Source: a virus. From it: 64,000 nucleotides of DNA. The first letter of the stretch is position 1; every line of letters begins with the position of its first letter. The stretch is taken from IMG/VR virus record IMGVR_UViG_3300030390_000715, positions 64,001 to 128,000 of that record, one strand, 5' to 3'. Of this stretch, positions 58,001 through 64,000 are shown piece after piece. Under the pieces are notes generated by a model, which ran no database searches, had not been told where the DNA came from, and saw only the letters and a list, made by a program, of their open reading frames with translations. The position numbers and the translations under genes were made by a program.

Positions 58001-61000
58001 GGCGATTACGTCGGTGATTATAGCGGAGCATTTAGTGCTACGTTTGTAGGCAATTACGAAAGATTGACGTACCAAGGCGAGTATGTTTCTACGTACACTG
58101 GTGATTATACCGGAACATTTAATGCCAACTTTAACGCTACTTACGATGGAGCTAATTACGCCTCTCAATATACTGGCGGTTATACTGGCGCTCCGTCTGA
58201 AACCTTTAGTGCTAACTTTATAGGCGAATACCAGCGAATTGATTACACTAGCCAATATACTGGTCAATACGTATCACAGATAAGCGAATCGTTCGGTGCT
58301 TCATATACGGGTGTCTACGAAAGAACCAATTACACTTCTGTTTACACTGGTGGTTATACTGGACAAGTAAACGAAAACGAGGATAGCACTAACGAAGAGT
58401 CGTTCGCTCGTGACACTTACGTCTCACAATACACTGGCGGATACACTGGTGGTTATGCAGGGCTATACGAACGCGCAGTGAATGAATCGTTTTCAGGTGC
58501 CTCATTCACTGGTGATTATACAGGGCAGTATGTTGGTCAAGTTGGCGAAACCATAATTGATAATATCGATGAATCGTTCAATGTGAACTATACAGGCGAA
58601 TATACAGGTCAGTATGTTGGTCAAGTTGGCGAAACCATAGGCGATGCTATCAACGAATCATTCAATGTAAATTACACTGGTGATTATACAGGGCAGTATG
58701 TTGGTCAAGTTGGTGAAACCGAGCAACAAACATTTACAGCAACTTTTAACTCTGCTAATAACTACAATACGCAATATACAGGGCAGTATATTGGTCAAGT
58801 AACCGAGAATGAAAGTACAACGGAACAACAATCTTATACAGGCGCATATACAGGCGATTACACAGGTCAGTATGTTGGTCAAGTAAGTGAGACAGAACAA
58901 ACAGCTATCAACGAAGGTTTTGTTACCACATATATTGGAACATATACTGGTGGTTATGAACGCGCACAAACAGAAAATGAAGACCAAACACAATCGACCA
59001 CATACACGGGCGGTTATGTACGCGCACAAAACACTACTAATCAAGATACGGTGACTGATGCCGTAGGGGAAGTTTTCAATGGAAACTTCCAAGGAAACTA
59101 CGTTAGTACCTCTACAACTTTTTACAATGGACCAAATGCTCATACAACAAGTACGATGGTTGCTGACGAATATGCTGATCTAAATGATTACAACCTTTCG
59201 GGTACAGCCGGTTATTCCTCTGTTTCTTCTACCCTTGGTGGTAGTTTCAGCCCAACTTCACTTAATCTTGGCATGGGATCTGTAAGGGCTCTATTTCACA
59301 ACTGGACTACGATTTTTACTTCTGGTGTTGGTGTTAAAACATCGCAAGGTTTAACGCTTCAACTCAACGCTGGTAGTAATCCCACAAACTGGCAATCGAT
59401 GCACCTTGTAGCACCCGGTGGCGCGGTTACGATTGTCAATAGAACGTCTATGTCTTATACGCTGTCAGGTGGAATTGCGACTTTCTCTATATCTTCCTCG
59501 GTTGCCCCCGGACCCGTCTTCTTTGGTCAAAATGAATCTTGGACTGTTAAGTTTATTAATCCCTTTGGCAACACAGCGGGATATGCCGGTGGAGGTGGCA
59601 GTTCAACTTTCATAGGAGATTACGTAAGTTCATACATAGGCTCTTATTTAGGCGCATACACGGGCTCATACACAGGGCAATATACAGGAACAGTGAACGA
59701 GAATTTCACGGGTGATTATGTCGGGCAGTATTCGGGTCAATATGTTGGTGTTGTTCAAGAGGGCATAGATGAAGGCTTTGCGTCTACATACACTGGTCAA
59801 TACACTGGTGGCTATACAGGTTTATACGAACGAGCGCAGAACCAGTCGTTTGCTACGGTTCAATCATCGACATATACCGGTGGCTATACAGGGCAATATA
59901 CAGGCTTATACGAACGAGCGCAGAATGAAAACTTCGCGGTCAACTATAACAGTTCATACATAGGCAACTACACTGGTGGTTATGCAGGGCTATATGAACG
60001 AGCGCAGAGTGAAACTTTCGCGGCTGTTTATGCTGGAACGTACACAGGTCAATACACTGGTGGCTATTCAGGATTATATGAACGAGCGCAGAGTGAAACT
60101 TTCGCGGCTGTCTATGCCGGCACATACACTGGACAATACTCTGGTGGTTATGCAGGGCTATATGAACGCGCAGTGAATGAAACTTTCAGTGTTGCTTACG
60201 CGGCTGATTATATTGGTCAGTATGTTGGTCAAATAGCTGAAGTAGAACAGACTACAGAACAAGAAACATTCTCCGCGTCTTATATTGGAAATTACATTGG
60301 TGGTTATACTGGTCAGTACTTAGGGCAATATGAGCGTACACAACAACAAAACTTTTCCGCTAACTACTTAGCCTCGTTTGAAGGTGCATTTAACGCAACA
60401 TATGTGGGGCTATACGAACGCGCTATTGATGAAACATTTAGTGCTAACTACCTCGGAACATTCGCGGGCGATTATGTCTCACAATATACTGGAGCATACG
60501 AATCTGTAGATAGCGAAACATTTACGGCTAACTTCACTGGCTCTTATAATAGCACATATTTGTCATCGTATGACGGTACCTTTGTTGCTAACTTTAATCA
60601 AACATTCATTGACCAATACACCGGAACATTCCTTGGTGATTATCTTTCGCAGTATACAGGCGGATTCTCAGAGTCCTTCGCCGGAGACTACGCTTCTGAT
60701 TATCTCGGAACATTCGCGGGCGATTATCTTTCGCAGTACACGGGCGTCTTTACACAAAACTTTGTAGGCACATACACTTCGGGCTATACAAGAACATTCG
60801 ACGGCGACTACGTTTCACAATACGAAGGTAACTTCTCGGCTGTATACACAGGAAACTTTACTGCACAATACACCGGAACATTCGACGGCAACTACGTTTC
60901 ACAATATGAAGGTAACTTCTCGGCTAATTTTGGAGCGCAGTTTAGCGCACAGTATCTTGGAACATTCATAGGTGATTATGCTTCGAGCTACGAAGGTGCG

Positions 61001-62473
61001 TTTGGTGTCTCATATTCTGGAAACTTTACTGAAGACTACGTTGACACGTATACATCCCAGTATACATCCCAGTATACATCTGATTTTGAAGCCATTTACG
61101 TCGGTGATTTTGAAGGAGCTTATCAAGCTTCCTTTGAAGGTAACTTTGCGGCTCAATACGAAGGATCTTTTGCGCAGACCTTCACAGGATCATACGATAC
61201 ACAGTACACTGGATCTTACATATCACAGTATTTGTCGACATACGAATCAGCTTTCACAGCTATATTCGGTAGTGATTACACGTCCGAGTATCTAGGAACA
61301 TTCGACGGTAACTATGTCTCAGCCTATGCCAATGTGTTCAGCCAGACATTCTCGGGCAATTATGTTTCTAGTTATCTCGGAACATTCACTGGTCAATATA
61401 CGGGTGAGTACGAGTCAGACTATACAAGCTCATTCGCAGGAGATTATGCATCCGAGTATCTTGGAACATTCGACGGTAACTATGTCTCAGCCTATGCCAA
61501 TGTGTTCAGCCAGACATTCTCGGGCAATTATGTAACTGATTATATTGATTCTTATCAGTCTGCTTATATTACTACCTATGACAGTACATTCACATCTAAC
61601 TTTAGTGGTGAATACACGTCCGAGTATCTCGGAACATTCGATGGTGATTATACTTCGGAATATGCTAGTATATACCTGAACGAATATGTCGGTACTTACA
61701 CATCTGAATACACTGACACTTACACTGGCAACTTCTTAGATACATACGAAGGAACTTTCGCTGATGCGTATGAAACTGGTTATACTGGCACATATGCTTC
61801 CGAGTATCAAACCAATTACGGATCGGAGTTTATAAGTGAATATGCTAGTGATTATACCACTGATTACAATACCGATTATGCTACGCAATTCGAAGGCACG
61901 TTCATTGGTCAATATGAGAATGAGTACCTAGGCACTTACGAAAGCACCTTCATAGAGAATTACGAGTCGACTGAATCATACATTGCATATGGTACTTCCT
62001 ATGCGTCCGAATATGTCTCTGACTACAATCCTACATACGAAGGTGATTTCTTAGGAAGCTATGAGCCTAGCTACGAGACAACTTACAATTCAGAATATAC
62101 AGGCACATATGACGCTGACGCTGTGGATGAAAGTTACGATTCATTGTATGTTCGTGATCTTTATTCTTCTGATTATACGACTGATTATATCGAACAAGTT
62201 TACGTGTCTGGTTATGTGACTAGCTACGAAGGTCTTGATAGCGAAGAGTCATACGATACGACATATGATGGCGCTGTTTACACCTCGAGCTATGCCTCTG
62301 ACTATCAAGATGATGACATTATCGAGAGTTACGATGACACGGCTTACACCGCACTCTATAATACCGATTACTCGATTGACTATATAACTGATACAGCATA
62401 CGGTACTGGAGGACACTTACGAGACATTCCTGTATCGATTGAAACTTATACATTATACGTGAGGGTAGCATGA
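55031..62473 (+). CDS. Giant acidic Tyr/Phe tetrad-repeat protein, putative virion fibre
   Basis: 2480 aa; ~400-aa N-terminal domain, two ~950-aa arms of [YF]-x-[GS]-x repeats flanking a ~160-aa non-repetitive domain; late promoter. Confidence 0.8.
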   Translation: MSLPLKHLGNGALQELASVDLDSIAYRAGVHLGKMGAEDASALTTTSTANTLVGSIDDTFYETTIGSTPGTTWTVNLAVDHISDTTTGVHTATFTQLNEFPSPIFVGDTVRVIVTGDAQTGFEEIAHELSESGTALFSTESVTTTPSASIIEDTRVEWEDFVYGLTGTFISQFEVKVTQPGVINFSLNVSTTDLNNTTNNTANASISFATVDVEETLPPEATSVQYDLYQSNAGIVTQSVHKKNPVFWTRYLTPNGIKEMSDAELDSFCEKLVIRIMANELPGTYRLNANSPGSDWVQFVSNVFTDTRADGSTTDYSIWLRQSGTAPTQVNLVYPKRVLGEYAGLNEYTDNQVEFTFGERVKKAIATTGIGKYVLRSSTQGAPTETGTWVARGSAIDTRLEYYYDPGYVSTPAYSSQYVEDYATDYVDTYEGNYEPTYTGDFTADFEGTYEAEYLGNYTPDYDTGYDAEYTQNFEADYQSQYEQEYLGDYVSQYVPTYDGAIFNEQYSTDYLAADFIGDYISDYTADAYDSGYTSDYQIDYIGSYTGQYTSNYDSVYEDINYATDYSVDYTGQYESVYATTYENDYTSNYSSQYTSQYSDEYESVYEDIEYLTDYISVYNSDYTTDYLSDYDNTAYSTIFETTYATNYSTGFESTFIGTYDDTDYAATFSGDYVSNYDNSFVSPEYQSVYEGSPYSVDFVGDYTSTYDSSFVQDFVGTYDDTDYVTNFVGDYASQYISQFSQDFAVDYNTDDYVVDFVGDYTSSYDASFAQDFVGNYSDTDYATTFVGDYASQYINQFSQNFAAVFDGSQYTTVFESNYVGDYAGSFEGNFNNIFEGASYVSTFANSYASQYTSQFSQAFSANYDNTTYTGDFNETYSGDYIGLYSASFAGNYERTTYETQFSASYTGNYVGLFSQTFLGTYDSQGYTADFTANYTGDYSGTFGTTFLGNYDSQQFNAIFESTYTGDYDGQFSATFIGEYDRVNYNTNFVGDYVGDYSGAFSATFVGNYERLTYQGEYVSTYTGDYTGTFNANFNATYDGANYASQYTGGYTGAPSETFSANFIGEYQRIDYTSQYTGQYVSQISESFGASYTGVYERTNYTSVYTGGYTGQVNENEDSTNEESFARDTYVSQYTGGYTGGYAGLYERAVNESFSGASFTGDYTGQYVGQVGETIIDNIDESFNVNYTGEYTGQYVGQVGETIGDAINESFNVNYTGDYTGQYVGQVGETEQQTFTATFNSANNYNTQYTGQYIGQVTENESTTEQQSYTGAYTGDYTGQYVGQVSETEQTAINEGFVTTYIGTYTGGYERAQTENEDQTQSTTYTGGYVRAQNTTNQDTVTDAVGEVFNGNFQGNYVSTSTTFYNGPNAHTTSTMVADEYADLNDYNLSGTAGYSSVSSTLGGSFSPTSLNLGMGSVRALFHNWTTIFTSGVGVKTSQGLTLQLNAGSNPTNWQSMHLVAPGGAVTIVNRTSMSYTLSGGIATFSISSSVAPGPVFFGQNESWTVKFINPFGNTAGYAGGGGSSTFIGDYVSSYIGSYLGAYTGSYTGQYTGTVNENFTGDYVGQYSGQYVGVVQEGIDEGFASTYTGQYTGGYTGLYERAQNQSFATVQSSTYTGGYTGQYTGLYERAQNENFAVNYNSSYIGNYTGGYAGLYERAQSETFAAVYAGTYTGQYTGGYSGLYERAQSETFAAVYAGTYTGQYSGGYAGLYERAVNETFSVAYAADYIGQYVGQIAEVEQTTEQETFSASYIGNYIGGYTGQYLGQYERTQQQNFSANYLASFEGAFNATYVGLYERAIDETFSANYLGTFAGDYVSQYTGAYESVDSETFTANFTGSYNSTYLSSYDGTFVANFNQTFIDQYTGTFLGDYLSQYTGGFSESFAGDYASDYLGTFAGDYLSQYTGVFTQNFVGTYTSGYTRTFDGDYVSQYEGNFSAVYTGNFTAQYTGTFDGNYVSQYEGNFSANFGAQFSAQYLGTFIGDYASSYEGAFGVSYSGNFTEDYVDTYTSQYTSQYTSDFEAIYVGDFEGAYQASFEGNFAAQYEGSFAQTFTGSYDTQYTGSYISQYLSTYESAFTAIFGSDYTSEYLGTFDGNYVSAYANVFSQTFSGNYVSSYLGTFTGQYTGEYESDYTSSFAGDYASEYLGTFDGNYVSAYANVFSQTFSGNYVTDYIDSYQSAYITTYDSTFTSNFSGEYTSEYLGTFDGDYTSEYASIYLNEYVGTYTSEYTDTYTGNFLDTYEGTFADAYETGYTGTYASEYQTNYGSEFISEYASDYTTDYNTDYATQFEGTFIGQYENEYLGTYESTFIENYESTESYIAYGTSYASEYVSDYNPTYEGDFLGSYEPSYETTYNSEYTGTYDADAVDESYDSLYVRDLYSSDYTTDYIEQVYVSGYVTSYEGLDSEESYDTTYDGAVYTSSYASDYQDDDIIESYDDTAYTALYNTDYSIDYITDTAYGTGGHLRDIPVSIETYTLYVRVA
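56230..62400 (+). repeat. 12-nt-period coding repeats with 84-, 168- and 174-bp higher-order duplications
   Basis: Near-identical units at 58526/58610/58694, 59991/60075, 57119/57293 and 61283/61451/61619. Confidence 0.85.
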
Positions 62474-62919
62474 GTTTACAAGTAGAATATTTAGATAACG
62501 CATACTGGGAAAATAAAGATAAGACCCAGCTAAAATGCATTCGATTGAAGCCCGTTGAAGGCGGAAAGGGTGGTCGCAAGAAAGATGTCTTATTATTAAA
62601 TAAAGGTGATCCAGAATATGACATTGTAGTGTCTAGGTGGGGTGTTCCTCATATCGATAAAAACACTCAAGAACGCGCTGACTCTAAGGATAAAAAAGAT
62701 CGAGAGAATCGCGCAGTCCACGAACAGCGCAAAAAATCTGCTGAGTTAGAGCAACTATTCAATGCTAAACTTCAGACGAGTGAAATACCTGAAATCAAAA
62801 ATTCTACAAACAAAGCTATGAGATCGAAGATAAGACGCGCAAAGAGTGTGATCGAAATGCAAGCCCTAGCCGCTCTGCTGATTGGAATGGAATTAGGCTA
62901 CATTGAGGTTAAAAAATGA
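62470..62919 (+). CDS. Hypothetical basic protein coupled to the fibre gene (possible chaperone)
   Basis: ATGA overlap; LF..KL...EIPEIK.S.N...RS.IR.AKS motif. Confidence 0.65.
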   Translation: MSLQVEYLDNAYWENKDKTQLKCIRLKPVEGGKGGRKKDVLLLNKGDPEYDIVVSRWGVPHIDKNTQERADSKDKKDRENRAVHEQRKKSAELEQLFNAKLQTSEIPEIKNSTNKAMRSKIRRAKSVIEMQALAALLIGMELGYIEVKK

Positions 62920-63722
62920 GAGATGTGATTGACACAGTAAAAAAATGGCTACGCATTACTCCACCTACGACCCCACCTACGATTGGATATGTTATTGTTG
63001 CATCTCGAAAGAAGTTCTTTTATGTTTCTGCAATTAATCTTATGGAATCAATCAAAGATCATTATCCCGAAGCTAAGATCACTCTAGTCGTTGAAGAAAG
63101 ATTCCTTGATGGTAACGAGAAGATAGCGGATAACATTATTTTCTGCGATGATCATGCACGAGCTAAGTTGATAGGAATGGCTAAATCACCTTATGATATT
63201 ACGTTTTATGTCGATGCAGATATAGAATGCGAACACGAAGATATCTCTACAATCTTTGATAAACTCGATGGACATGATATCATGTTCACTGGTCTACCTG
63301 CTGATAGACATTACTGTTACGCAGAAGTATTCTTTGACGGTGCAACAAAGGCTGACGGTACTAAAGCAGGGTTCGAACTTTGCGGAGGTGTCTGTCTTTA
63401 TGATATGAGAAAGCCACTTGTTCGTGAATTCATGAACGATTGGTATAATCTAACTGTAGCTCAGTATGCTAGACTCTGGTGGCCAAGGAACGAAGATGGC
63501 ACTGAAGACCTCAAAAATTATCCTGCTACACTAAAAAGATGGGACCAATTCTCACTTTGGTGGTTAACTAACAAAGAGCCAAAATACAAAGACCTCAAAG
63601 TAGGTATATTAGAAGATGATGCTCGATGGAATTACTACTCTAAGTATAAGTACGACCATAATAAAGAGCCTGTAGTATTGAGACACTACTCCTCTTCAGG
63701 CGCTAAATCTCTGGAGTTTTAA
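62916..63722 (+). CDS. GT-A glycosyltransferase (GT8-like)
   Basis: RAKL...SPYD.T.YVDAD, CGGV..Y, WDQF, RWN, HY. Confidence 0.75.
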   Translation: MRDVIDTVKKWLRITPPTTPPTIGYVIVASRKKFFYVSAINLMESIKDHYPEAKITLVVEERFLDGNEKIADNIIFCDDHARAKLIGMAKSPYDITFYVDADIECEHEDISTIFDKLDGHDIMFTGLPADRHYCYAEVFFDGATKADGTKAGFELCGGVCLYDMRKPLVREFMNDWYNLTVAQYARLWWPRNEDGTEDLKNYPATLKRWDQFSLWWLTNKEPKYKDLKVGILEDDARWNYYSKYKYDHNKEPVVLRHYSSSGAKSLEF

Positions 63723-63725
63723 ACT

Positions 63726-64000
63726 ATGATGAAAAATATACCTTTAAACGACTTTGCAATAGAATTGTTAGACGAAGCATTGTGGTTTACAAAAGAAGAA
63801 AATTACACCGCTGTAATACCTACGAAGATGAACGATCTCGATAAAGCTGATTATTATACGGGTGATGAATATTTCGAGAAAATAAAAGCGATGGGTAGTT
63901 CTCATGATGGATTTCCAGAATTCATCGCCTGTTATTCTTTTGGTCAAGGTATTAGATTCGATAATCATAATCCAAAAATTCAAAGGAAGATCGCTGAAGT
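63726..64000 (+). CDS. Hypothetical protein, 3'-truncated
   Basis: Open to the window end: MMKNIPLNDF...HDGFPE... Confidence 0.6.
   Translation, partial: MMKNIPLNDFAIELLDEALWFTKEENYTAVIPTKMNDLDKADYYTGDEYFEKIKAMGSSHDGFPEFIACYSFGQGIRFDNHNPKIQRKIAE

Noticed and set aside
56230-62400. Possible CRISPR array or ice-nucleation protein
   Set aside because: The repeats are in-frame, degenerate and lack unique spacers. They also lack the 16-residue AGYGSTxTA period of ice-nucleation proteins.
1-64000. tRNA/rRNA genes, integrase, transposase, DGR
   Set aside because: No cloverleaf with a T-loop motif, recombinase or reverse transcriptase recognised by eye; a tRNAscan run would be needed to exclude tRNAs fully.

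Overview
A 64 kb segment of a T4-like (myovirus) bacteriophage genome, about 40% GC and probably from a marine proteobacterial host. It uses host sigma70-type early promoters and T4-type (T/A)(A/C)TAAATA late promoters. From left to right: (1) nrdA with a fused glutaredoxin domain, nrdB, a carbamoyltransferase, a GIY-YIG-like protein, a P-loop kinase and a GH24 lysozyme. (2) Small early ORFs. (3) A ~10 kb cluster of glycosyltransferase, radical SAM, methyltransferase and 2OG-Fe(II) oxygenase genes. (4) An exonuclease and two GREB1/TAGT-like glycosyltransferases. (5) A heme oxygenase-pcyX-ybaN cassette. (6) An array of tiny early genes joined by a shared junction motif. (7) thyX, a denV-like gene, gp33 and gp32. 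(8) The tail/baseplate module: tape measure-like gene, gp26/gp51 with a likely -1 frameshift, gp54, gp2, gp4, gp48, gp53, hub, a split gp5, gp25, gp6, gp8 and a VrlC-like gene. (9) A 2480-aa Tyr/Phe tetrad-repeat protein whose two repeat arms mirror each other around a central domain, suggesting a fold-back hairpin fibre, followed by a glycosyltransferase. All calls come from motif recognition by eye; no database searches were run.
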